64,000 nt of DNA from Planctomycetota bacterium. Its GTDB lineage: Bacteria; Planctomycetota; GCA-002687715; CAIWVZ01. The notes under the pieces were generated by a model. It was not told the origin of the DNA. It ran no database searches and worked only from the letters and a program-made list of their open reading frames with translations. Location of the stretch: assembly GCA_044222185.1 (NCBI GenBank), contig JBGANV010000004.1, forward strand, positions 64,001 through 128,000, given 5' to 3'. A program made the position numbers and the translations under genes. The number at the start of each line of letters is the position of its first letter. Position 1 is the stretch's first letter. Below, piece after piece: positions 37,089 through 45,846 of this stretch.

Positions 37089-38075
37089 TCAGGTCTGCCC
37101 GCGCGCATCACCGCTCGTCGCTCGCGCCCACGCGCGTGCGATCCCGTCACGAACGGAGCTCGGAGGCGCCCAGCCGATGGCCGCCCGCAGGCGATCGTTC
37201 GGCACGGGTGGATGAAACATCTCCTCCGCGAGTTGTTCCACGTCTCCGAACCCGAGACGGTCGTTCGCGATCCCCATTTCGGCGGCGGCGAGCTTAACAA
37301 ACGACATGACGCTGGTGAGTTCTCCGGACGCGAGGTTGATCGCCGGCGCGTCGAACGGATACGCGCCCGAGACGATCTCGTCGGCCGGAAGGAGTCCGAG
37401 CCTCAACAGTCCATCGGCCACATCCTCCACGTAGGTCCAGTCGCGGGTCTGGTTGCCGGTCGTGAGCGGGATCCGGTCAACGCCCTTCGCGGCGTCGATC
37501 AACGTGGGGTAGAGCCGGCCAGGGCGCTCTCCCAGACCGAACACGGTGAAAAGCCGCGGGCAGATGCCGGGGAATCGCCGCTCCCGTCGTGCGGCGGCGA
37601 CGAGGGATGTCGCGGCCAGCTTCGTCCGGCCGTACTCGGTCGTTGGGGTGAATGCGCAGGACTCGTCCAGGGATCGTGCGTTGCCGCACTCGAGCGCCGA
37701 CCCGGGCTGGACCAGTCGCACGCCGTTCCAGCGCGGCTTTGCCGCCTCCACGGCCGCCACGAGGTCGCGCACCAGCCCGACGTTCACACGTTCGAAGAGA
37801 TCGGGCTGGCGTTCGCTGCGCGTCACGCCGTAGCCCGCGAGGTTGAAGACGATCGCAGGCGTCGCGATCCCGATCGACTCGGCGACGGTACCCGGGTGAG
37901 TGAGGTCACGCTCGATGACGGTCGTTCGCCGCGCAACTCGCTCGACGAGCCTCGCCCGATCCCTGACCACGCAGAACACCCGCGCTCCGGCGTCGATCAG
38001 GGCCTCGGCCACCCACCTTCCGATGAAACCGGACGCGCCGGTGACGAGGACGGGAAGATCGCGGTAGCGGTTCAT
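37089..38075 (-). CDS. NAD-dependent epimerase/dehydratase (sugar reductase)
   Basis: VLVTGASGFIG, YGRTK (YxxxK), RDWTYVEDVA. Confidence 0.85.
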   Translation of the reverse strand: MNRYRDLPVLVTGASGFIGRWVAEALIDAGARVFCVVRDRARLVERVARRTTVIERDLTHPGTVAESIGIATPAIVFNLAGYGVTRSERQPDLFERVNVGLVRDLVAAVEAAKPRWNGVRLVQPGSALECGNARSLDESCAFTPTTEYGRTKLAATSLVAAARRERRFPGICPRLFTVFGLGERPGRLYPTLIDAAKGVDRIPLTTGNQTRDWTYVEDVADGLLRLGLLPADEIVSGAYPFDAPAINLASGELTSVMSFVKLAAAEMGIANDRLGFGDVEQLAEEMFHPPVPNDRLRAAIGWAPPSSVRDGIARAWARATSGDARGQT

Positions 38076-38204
38076 GGAACGTCCCTCGCACTGTACCCGC
38101 CCCGGGACGTCAGCGCCTCATCACCGAGGGACGGGGGCGCTCCCGACGTCGCGGGAGCGCCAACTCGTGGCGAGGTCGACCGTCGGCGATCGACCGTTCC
38201 GTGC

Positions 38205-39446
38205 TCACCCTTCGCGGATGGCGTTCGTCGGCACCAATCGGGCGGCGCGGATCGCGGGTACGGTGCCTCCGAGGATCCCGATGAAGGCGGCGAGCGACAG
38301 CGCGATGATGACCGTCGCCGGCGTGATCTCGAACTGGAACGTGGACTCGCTGAAGGTCGCGAAGCCGAACGTGCCCGTCGCCATCCCGTGAACGCTGGAG
38401 CCCAGGAGCGTACCGGCCGTGCCGCCGATGAGGCCCAGCACGAGCGACTCCACGAGGAACCCGAGGAACACGTCGCGGGGGCGGAAGCCGATTGCGAGCA
38501 GCGCACCGATCTCGCGCGTACGCCCGGTCACCGCCGCAAGCAGCGTGTTCGTACATCCGACGATGGCGCCGACGGCCATGACGATCGCGAGCAGCCCCGC
38601 GAACCCGGCCATCATCACGCCCATGAACCCGGATTGCTTTGCGAAGTACTCCTGTTCGCTCATGCCCTTGATCTTGAACTCCTCGGCCGCGAGGCGCGCG
38701 AGGAGTCCCGTGGCAGCGATCGTGCGGGCGTTCTTCAGATCCTCCTTGGATCCGAAGCCGTCACCCTCGACGCGCTCGGCGGTGCCGAGGCTCGCGACGT
38801 ACTGCGGTGCCACGCGGAAGACGACCGAGTTCCAGCCGACGCGGTCGAAGAGTTGCGCGATCTGCTGGTTGTCGCCCCAGATCTCCGAGTCGAACGACGA
38901 CCCGCCGCCGTCCAGGATGCCGACGACCGACCAGTCCTGGTTGTAGACGTTCACTACGCCGCCGAGACGGCAACCCTTGATGCGGTCGACCAGGCCCTTG
39001 CCCACGACGATCTCCCGCTTCCCAGGGGTGAAGAACGTGCCTTCCCGGATCTTCACTCTGTCGCGGATCTTCAGCGCCACGGGGGAGGTGCCCCGCACGG
39101 AGACGTTCGTGCCCCCGTGATTCACGCGGTCCAGGTAGAGGCCGGCGAAGATCTCGGGCACGGCGAGGACCGTTCCGTCCTTGTCGCGGTCGACTTCCGG
39201 CAGTCCCATGAGCTTCTGGGCGAGGGCGAGAGACACGCTGCTCTCGCCTTCGCTCGTCGACGCCTCGCGCAGGCAGATCACGTTGTCCGGCCGGCCGGTC
39301 CGCTCGGCGGCGCGCAGGAATCCCTGGTGGAGGGCGAGCACGATGACGAGCACGCAGACCGTCAATGCGATCGCGAGCAGCGTCAGGATCGTGGTCGTCT
39401 TTCGATAGAAGATGCTGCGCAGGTTGTATCGCAGGGGAATGGGCAT
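38205..39446 (-). CDS. ABC transporter permease (MacB/FtsX-like)
   Basis: N-terminal TM, periplasmic domain, RTREIGALLAIGF, C-terminal PAIRAAR; ATG at 39446. Confidence 0.88.
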   Translation of the reverse strand: MPIPLRYNLRSIFYRKTTTILTLLAIALTVCVLVIVLALHQGFLRAAERTGRPDNVICLREASTSEGESSVSLALAQKLMGLPEVDRDKDGTVLAVPEIFAGLYLDRVNHGGTNVSVRGTSPVALKIRDRVKIREGTFFTPGKREIVVGKGLVDRIKGCRLGGVVNVYNQDWSVVGILDGGGSSFDSEIWGDNQQIAQLFDRVGWNSVVFRVAPQYVASLGTAERVEGDGFGSKEDLKNARTIAATGLLARLAAEEFKIKGMSEQEYFAKQSGFMGVMMAGFAGLLAIVMAVGAIVGCTNTLLAAVTGRTREIGALLAIGFRPRDVFLGFLVESLVLGLIGGTAGTLLGSSVHGMATGTFGFATFSESTFQFEITPATVIIALSLAAFIGILGGTVPAIRAARLVPTNAIREG

Positions 39447-40597
39447 CAGGCGCGCCTCCGCAGAGCGTCCACGATGGGGAGTTTGCCGGCGGTGATTGCC
39501 GGAACGATTCCTGCAGCGAGTCCCAGGAGGCCGGCGAGCGCCAGGCCCACCGAGGCGAGATGCGGCGGGACGTAGATCGGGAGCTGGAGGCCGGGGATCA
39601 CCTTGCCGTCCAGCGAAGGCATGATCCGGCACGCGAACGCGCCGCCGATCAGACAGATGAGGAGGCTCTCGGTGAGGCCGAGGAGGGTCACCGTCCCGTC
39701 CGTGAACCCCAGGGTCTTGAGCACGCCCACCTCCTTCACCCGCTCGCGCGTGTTGAGCACCATCGTGTTCAACGTCACGAGGAAGGTGGCGATCACCGCC
39801 ACGATCGAGATGAAGTTGAAGAACGTGGGAAGGCCGCCCCACATGGAGACGAACTGGGCCTGGAACGCGCGCTCCAACAGCGTTCGCGTCCGGTTCGACG
39901 AGTTGTCGAACAGGGAGTCGACGGTCGCTGCGATGTTCGACGCGTTCTCCGGAGTCTCGAGGAGCGTGGCGAAGACGGAGATCTTCTCCACGGGCCCGTC
40001 ATGCGCCTTGGACACCTCGTTCATGTAATCCCAGCGCATGTACAGCGTGCTCTGGTCGTACGACGGCGTCAGCGACTTGTAGAGGCCCACGACCTCGAGC
40101 TCGTAGTTGCCGGGAAAGAGGTTGCCCTGCAGCGCGATCTTCGACCCGATCGTCCAGTCGAAGCGCTCGGCGAGGTCGACGCCGATGATGCATCCCGTTC
40201 GCGTCGCCGCGAACTTCTGCCACTGTTCCTCGGGCATGTAGATGTCTGACTTGTACACGTCGCGAAGCGCCAGCGGGTCGGCCCCGAATCGCGCGAAGAA
40301 GAACTTCTCGCTGATGAAGACGCCACCGAACCAGGTCAGGTGCGTCGTCGTCTTCACGCCGGGGATCTGGGAGATCTGCTGGTCGAGCTTGCGGGGGAGC
40401 GTGACGAAGAGGCTCGCCGCGCTCTCGGTGATGAGTCGTGTCGAGCCCACGCCCGTCGCGGCAACTTCGATGCTGGCGACGACCGTCTGAAGGGCTTCGA
40501 ACGTGAGCACCGCGACGAACACGCTGCCGAGAGTCAGGAGACTCCGGAACCAGTTCCGTCGCAGGTGCGCGAAGATGAGGACGGTGGGGAATCTCAC
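39446..40597 (-). CDS. ABC transporter permease (MacB/FtsX-like)
   Basis: RSLLTL N-terminus, ERVKEVGVLKTLGF, IVDALRR C-terminus. Confidence 0.88.
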   Translation of the reverse strand: MRFPTVLIFAHLRRNWFRSLLTLGSVFVAVLTFEALQTVVASIEVAATGVGSTRLITESAASLFVTLPRKLDQQISQIPGVKTTTHLTWFGGVFISEKFFFARFGADPLALRDVYKSDIYMPEEQWQKFAATRTGCIIGVDLAERFDWTIGSKIALQGNLFPGNYELEVVGLYKSLTPSYDQSTLYMRWDYMNEVSKAHDGPVEKISVFATLLETPENASNIAATVDSLFDNSSNRTRTLLERAFQAQFVSMWGGLPTFFNFISIVAVIATFLVTLNTMVLNTRERVKEVGVLKTLGFTDGTVTLLGLTESLLICLIGGAFACRIMPSLDGKVIPGLQLPIYVPPHLASVGLALAGLLGLAAGIVPAITAGKLPIVDALRRRA

Positions 40598-41304
40598 TGG
40601 ACCGCGCTCCCGGCGGTCTCCGCCTTGATGGTGCCCTTGTCCAAGTGAAGGACGCGCTTGGCGCGGTGGGCAGCCGCCCGGTCGTGCGTGACCATGACGA
40701 TGGTCTTCTGGAACTGCTTGTTCAGCGCATCGAGGAGGTCGAGTACCGCCTCCGCGTTCACATGATCGAGGTCACCGGTCGGCTCGTCGGCGAGGATGAG
40801 CGTCGGATCCGTGACGATGGCGCGGGCGATCGCCACGCGTTGCTCCTGTCCACCCGACAGCTGGTTCGGGTAGTGGCCCGAGCGGTCCCCGAGGCCGACG
40901 ATCGAGAGGGCCCGCTGCACGTGCTCCTTGCGTTGCGACCTCGACAACGGCTGGAGGAGCAGCGGAAGTTCGACGTTCTGCGCCGCCGTGAGCACGGGGA
41001 TCAGGTTGTAGGCCTGGAAGATGAACCCCACGTGTCGTGAGCGCCACTGGGCCAGCTCGGAATTGGACAACTGTCCGATGTCCTCGCCATCGACGACGAC
41101 CGCCCCCTGCGTGGGGCGATCGAGTCCGCCGATGAGGTTCAAGAGCGTGCTCTTGCCGGAGCCTGACGGTCCCATGAGCGCGAAGTAATCGCCCGTGGCG
41201 ATCTTCAGCGACAAGTCCGAGAGGACGTGCACCGGCTCCGAACCGCGCGTGTACGTCATGCCGACCCGGTCCACGTGGACCAGGGTGTTTGAAGCGTCAG
41301 CCAT
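40594..41304 (-). CDS. ABC transporter ATP-binding protein (LolD/MacB-like)
   Basis: Walker A GPSGSGKS, signature LSGGQ, Walker [13 protein letters not shown]. Confidence 0.95.
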   Translation of the reverse strand: MADASNTLVHVDRVGMTYTRGSEPVHVLSDLSLKIATGDYFALMGPSGSGKSTLLNLIGGLDRPTQGAVVVDGEDIGQLSNSELAQWRSRHVGFIFQAYNLIPVLTAAQNVELPLLLQPLSRSQRKEHVQRALSIVGLGDRSGHYPNQLSGGQEQRVAIARAIVTDPTLILADEPTGDLDHVNAEAVLDLLDALNKQFQKTIVMVTHDRAAAHRAKRVLHLDKGTIKAETAGSAVQ

Positions 41305-41307
41305 CGA

Positions 41308-42726
41308 TCACTCCCGTTTGATCTGGGTTCCGTCGTTGAGACCGGCCGGTGGCGAGACGACGACGAGTTCGCCGCCTGAAAGCCCCGACTCGATCACGAC
41401 GTTGGTTTTGCGTTCCTCGCCCGTCTTCACCGGCGTGAACCTCACGCTGTCACCCGTGACGACGAACACGCCGCGTCGGCCGTCGATCGTCATGAGCGCG
41501 TCGCTGGGTGCGAGGATTTGCGGCGCGGCAAGGCTTTCGGCCGCGTCGCGGAGAAAGACGACCCGCCCGCCCATCTCGGGCAGCACGCGATCGTCGAGAT
41601 TGTCGAACGTCACCTTCACGAGCACGGTTGCTTTTTGGCGGTCGGCGGTGGGCTCGACCTGGCGAACCTTGCCGGGCATGGGCGCGTCCGGATAGGCGTC
41701 AAGGTAGATGCGGGCGGGTGCTCCGTCCTTCACGAGATGGAGGTCGCGCTCGAACACGTCGACTTCGATCTCGAGCGTCGTGAAATCGGCGAGCGTCACC
41801 ACCGCTCCGCGCGTCGAGCCGCCCCCCATCAGCGCCGGCACGACCATCTCGCCGATGTCCGCTTCCTTGCGCAGGACGACGGCGTCGAACTCGGCATGGA
41901 GTTCGGTGTCGGCCAGATTCGACCGGGCTGTCGTCAGCTGGGCCTCGGCACGCTTCGTCGCCTGGGCGGCCACGGGGATCCGCGCCTTCTGGCCGAAGAC
42001 CTCGGCCTGCGCCTCCGCCAGGGCAGCCTCGGCGGATTGGATGCGCGTGCGGGCGCTGGCGATGTTGGCCTTCATGAGGTCGCGTTTGTACACGGCCTGG
42101 GCGACAGCCTCCGGCGTCCCGGCGCCGCGGGCCATCAAGTCCTGCTCGCGCTTGACGATACGCTCGGCCTCGGTCACCTCGACCGTCCACTGATCGACCG
42201 TCGCCTTCATCTCGTCGATGCCAAGGCGCTGCTTGGCAACCGTTCGCTCGGCGATGGTCACTCGAACGTTCGCCGCCGTCTCCTCAGCCTTCGACTCCTC
42301 GAGCTGGGCTGACGCGTGGTCGACGGCGGCGCGGTAGATCTCGTCATCCAGCTTGGCGATGAGGTCGCCCTTCTTCACGCGGCTACCCACGTCGACGCGC
42401 AGATCGATCAGTCGCCCCGACAGCTTGCTCGACACCGACGCCTTGCGGCGGGCGACCACATACCCCGTGGCGTTCGTCAGTTCGGACGAAGCGCCGGGGC
42501 GCGTCTTGATGATCGCCGCCGTCTTCACGGGGACGGCCCGCATCCCCGCAACCAGGGGCTGGATGCGTGGCCACGCGACGTAGGCCGCGCCGCCGAGGAG
42601 TGCCAGCGTGATCCCCAGGCCCCAAGGGAATCCACGACGGCGTCGTCCGGGCTTGCGGGACTCCCGCGAGCGGTCGATCCTGAGCAGTCCGATGTCACCC
42701 TGGATGGGAGTCGCGGTGTCGGGCAT
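41308..42726 (-). CDS. Efflux periplasmic adaptor (MacA/HlyD-like)
   Basis: TM anchor; lipoyl-half motifs (VGSRVKKGDLIAKLD), long coiled-coil hairpin, LPEMGG, SGLSGGE. Confidence 0.9.
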   Translation of the reverse strand: MPDTATPIQGDIGLLRIDRSRESRKPGRRRRGFPWGLGITLALLGGAAYVAWPRIQPLVAGMRAVPVKTAAIIKTRPGASSELTNATGYVVARRKASVSSKLSGRLIDLRVDVGSRVKKGDLIAKLDDEIYRAAVDHASAQLEESKAEETAANVRVTIAERTVAKQRLGIDEMKATVDQWTVEVTEAERIVKREQDLMARGAGTPEAVAQAVYKRDLMKANIASARTRIQSAEAALAEAQAEVFGQKARIPVAAQATKRAEAQLTTARSNLADTELHAEFDAVVLRKEADIGEMVVPALMGGGSTRGAVVTLADFTTLEIEVDVFERDLHLVKDGAPARIYLDAYPDAPMPGKVRQVEPTADRQKATVLVKVTFDNLDDRVLPEMGGRVVFLRDAAESLAAPQILAPSDALMTIDGRRGVFVVTGDSVRFTPVKTGEERKTNVVIESGLSGGELVVVSPPAGLNDGTQIKRE

Positions 42727-42818
42727 GGCCGGGGATCCTACGAGGGGGGAACGACACCAAGAAGACTGGGGACAGGCGGGTGAAACACGCGAGACCGGAT
42801 GCGACACTTTCACCGCAC

Positions 42819-44033
42819 ATGAAACCCCAGGACTTGCGCGCTCACTTCCCGGCGTTGGACCGCGGGCTCGTCTTCCTCGATTGGGCGGCGACGGGACTCG
42901 TCCCCAGCGGGACGCAGACGGCGATCCACCGCTACGTGGACGACCTCGCCACGTGTCCGACGGCGGCGTCGACCCACGTGCACGCGGCGCAGGCGGCCAC
43001 GCGCAACCGCGCGCGCGAACAGGTCGGCGGCATCTTGAATGCCAAGCCTGACGACGTCGCCCTCGTCGCGAACACGACCGAGGGATTGCAGATCGCCTCC
43101 GAGTGCATCCGGCTTCAGCCGGGCGACAACGTCCTCGTCGCCGAGCACGATTATCTCGCGGTTGCCCTCCCTTGGCTCCAGCGGCGCCGCAGCGACAAGA
43201 TCGAGGTCCGGCAGGTTCCTGGGCGACCGGGCGAGCTCATGCACGTCGACGACATGCTGAAGCTCATCGACGACCGCACGCGCGTCGTGGCGGTGTCGAC
43301 CGTGGGGTGGACCACCGGTGCGCTGCTGGACCTGCCCGCGATCGCCGGCGAAGTGCGCGCCCGGGGGCTCCTGCTCGTCGTCGACGGAGTGCAGACGTTC
43401 GGCGTCGTGCCCGTCGACATGAAGCAGACGGAGGTGTCTTATTACTCCGTCGGCGGTCACAAATGGTTGTGCTCCACGCTCGGTGCCGGCTTCCTCTACG
43501 TGAACCCCTTCGTCGCCGCGCGCTCTCGCCCAACCCGATTCGGGTTCCTCGCCGGGCTCCCCTCGACCCACCGCAACTGGTGGGAGTGGTTCACGAGCGG
43601 CACCGCGTCCCTCGACGAGGAGGTCGTGTTCCCGTCCGTGGGGCGGTCGTTCGAGTCCGGCGGAACGCCGAGCTACCCGGGTGCAATCGGCATCGCCGAG
43701 ATGACGGAGTTGATCGGCAAGGTGGGCGTTCCCGCGATCGCCGATCACGTGCGCGCGCTTGGGACCGATCTGATCCAGGGGTTGGACGCGCTCGGGCTGC
43801 GCGTGTTGACGCCGCGCGAACCGGAGCGGCGCGCGGGGATCGTCGTCTTCGTCACCCCTGGAGCACGAGAGGGTGACCTGGCCCTGGTCGAGAAGCTGAA
43901 GGATCGGCGGATCGCCGTGAGCGCGCGGTGGGCGAAGGGCGTCGGCGGCGTGCGGGTGTCGATGCACGCCATGAACCTGCCGGAGGACGTGGACCGCCTC
44001 CTGGTGGCGCTGAAGGAGATCCTGCGTTCGTGA
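42819..44033 (+). CDS. Class V PLP-dependent aminotransferase family protein
   Basis: FLDWAATG, NTTEG, VDGVQ, GGHKWL (PLP Lys), FESGGTP, RVSMH. Confidence 0.88.
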   Translation: MKPQDLRAHFPALDRGLVFLDWAATGLVPSGTQTAIHRYVDDLATCPTAASTHVHAAQAATRNRAREQVGGILNAKPDDVALVANTTEGLQIASECIRLQPGDNVLVAEHDYLAVALPWLQRRRSDKIEVRQVPGRPGELMHVDDMLKLIDDRTRVVAVSTVGWTTGALLDLPAIAGEVRARGLLLVVDGVQTFGVVPVDMKQTEVSYYSVGGHKWLCSTLGAGFLYVNPFVAARSRPTRFGFLAGLPSTHRNWWEWFTSGTASLDEEVVFPSVGRSFESGGTPSYPGAIGIAEMTELIGKVGVPAIADHVRALGTDLIQGLDALGLRVLTPREPERRAGIVVFVTPGAREGDLALVEKLKDRRIAVSARWAKGVGGVRVSMHAMNLPEDVDRLLVALKEILRS

Positions 44034-44063
44034 CGGCTGGGAGCGTTCGCGGCCCGGGCAGCA

Positions 44064-44396
44064 TCAGGACCCGACGGGCGGCCGCTCGACCTCGCGCCGG
44101 AAGAGCACCGGGTCGACCTTCCCGAAGAACCTCTTGCGGCCGTTGACGAAAACGACGGGCACTTCGTTTCCGTAGAGGCTCAGTCGCTCGGCGTCGTCCG
44201 TGATGTCCACGAGTTCGAGCTCGAATGGCACGCGCTTGCGCACGGCGTTCACGACGTCGAGCGCGGTCACGCACAGGCAGCAGTTCCGCGTCTTGTAGAA
44301 GACGACTCTGGGCGCCGGTCCACGTCGGCGACGGAACAGCGACCAGAGGCTGAAAGCTTCCCGCTTCTTTTGGTGGTCGTTAGGATCGGCGGCCAT
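44064..44396 (-). CDS. Glutaredoxin-like protein (DUF836-like)
   Basis: FYKTRNCCLC (CxxC), VDI...YGNEVPVVFVNG cis-Pro motif. Confidence 0.8.
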   Translation of the reverse strand: MAADPNDHQKKREAFSLWSLFRRRRGPAPRVVFYKTRNCCLCVTALDVVNAVRKRVPFELELVDITDDAERLSLYGNEVPVVFVNGRKRFFGKVDPVLFRREVERPPVGS

Positions 44397-45138
44397 GTCG
44401 GGTCCCAGCGTTTCGATCGACGGAGCGCGGCTGTCGGGCCGCGAGCGCGAAGTCTACGTCGCGTCCATGTTCGACCGCATCGCGCGACCGTACGACCGCC
44501 TCAACACGCTCATCAGCCTGGGGCGGGACCGAAGCTGGCGCGCGCTCGGCGTGAAGATGGCGGGAATCGGCCCGGGGGCACGCGTCGCGGATCTCGGATG
44601 TGGCACGGGTGAGTTTCTCCTGGCTCTGAAGCACGCCGCCGGGCCCACCGGTGAGGTGGTCGGCGTGGACATCGCCGATCGCATGCTGGACGTCGCCCGC
44701 GAGAAGGTGCGACGGGCGGGGTTCGCGGGCGTGCGACTCGTGCACGGCAACGCGGCGGACACCGGATTGCCTGTCGACTTCGCGGATGCGGTCACCATGG
44801 GCTGGGTTCTGCGCAACGTGGGCGATCGGCCGGCGACCTATCGCGAAGTGCTCCGCGTGCTGAAGCCCGGTGGACGGTTCGTGTCGCTCGATTGCGCACG
44901 CATCGCGTCGCCGATCGTCCGCCTCGGACACCGGATCTATCTCCACGGGGTCATGCCCTTGCTCGTGCGCATGTCCGGAGGGGACCGCGAGTCCTACCGC
45001 TACCTGGCGAATTCGACGGATCGCTTCCTCACTCCGGCGGAACTCGACGGAGAACTCCTCGGGGCAGGCTTCCGCGACGTGAAGCACCGGCTCCTCATGT
45101 GCGGGTCCATCGCCATTCACGTGGGGACGAAGCCGTGA
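44395..45138 (+). CDS. ubiE: UbiE/MenG family quinone methyltransferase
   Basis: MFDRIARPYDRLN..SLG...WR, DLGCGTGE, LRNV, RVLKPGG, YRYL..S...F. Confidence 0.8.
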   Translation: MSGPSVSIDGARLSGREREVYVASMFDRIARPYDRLNTLISLGRDRSWRALGVKMAGIGPGARVADLGCGTGEFLLALKHAAGPTGEVVGVDIADRMLDVAREKVRRAGFAGVRLVHGNAADTGLPVDFADAVTMGWVLRNVGDRPATYREVLRVLKPGGRFVSLDCARIASPIVRLGHRIYLHGVMPLLVRMSGGDRESYRYLANSTDRFLTPAELDGELLGAGFRDVKHRLLMCGSIAIHVGTKP

Positions 45139-45827
45139 GCACGACGAAGAAGCGCGGCGACGACGCGGCGGCTCGCCAGAACATCACGACGACCCTGCTG
45201 GTCCGCACCGCCAAGCTCGATCAGCGAGCCATGACGGACCTCATGTCCCGCATCCGTCCGCGCATCGTGAACATGGTGCGGGCCCTCGTGAAGGATCAGG
45301 GTGAGACCATCGACGACTACGTGGCCGAGTGCGTGTTGTCGGTCGTGCGCGGATTCGACGGGTTCTCCTTGCGGCCGGGCGCCAGCTTCAACGGATGGCT
45401 GTCGGTGATCGTGCGCAACAAGATCGTCGACTTGTTCCGCCGCCGCGGTCAGCAACCCGTTCCGCTCGGCGAGCCCGACTCGGAGAACCCGGTGATGGTG
45501 GTCTCCGCCAGCGATCCGTCGCCGAGCACGATCGCCATGCGGCGCGAGGGTGATCAGCTCGTGGCGCAACTCCTTCAGCCCGGCGCCGAGGCGTCATCTG
45601 CGAAGGGCGATGGTCCGCTCGAACAGCTCGTCGAGCAGGTGCAGCGGTTGCCGCCGCACCAGCGCGCCGTTCTCGTTCGCCGCGTGCTCCTCGACGCGTC
45701 GTTCAAGGAGATCGCGACGGAGCTCGGGATCTCGGAGGCCAACGCCCGCATGCGCTACATGTTCGCCCGCCGCACGCTGCTCGCGCGGCTTTCGGCGGGC
45801 GGCGACGCGCCGCGGGCGGGTGGGTGA
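45135..45827 (+). CDS. ECF-type RNA polymerase sigma-70 factor
   Basis: Region 2 (SFNGWL..IVRNKIVDLFR), PSPS linker, region 4 (LPPHQR...SFKEIA.ELGISE.NARMR); GTGA coupling with the upstream stop. Confidence 0.85.
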   Translation: MSTTKKRGDDAAARQNITTTLLVRTAKLDQRAMTDLMSRIRPRIVNMVRALVKDQGETIDDYVAECVLSVVRGFDGFSLRPGASFNGWLSVIVRNKIVDLFRRRGQQPVPLGEPDSENPVMVVSASDPSPSTIAMRREGDQLVAQLLQPGAEASSAKGDGPLEQLVEQVQRLPPHQRAVLVRRVLLDASFKEIATELGISEANARMRYMFARRTLLARLSAGGDAPRAGG

Positions 45828-45846
45828 CTCCTTCCCGCGGCGACGC

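Noticed and set aside
42819-44033. Selenocysteine lyase linked to the selenoprotein
   Set aside because: It lacks the catalytic Cys and lies 9 kb away in a different transcription unit.
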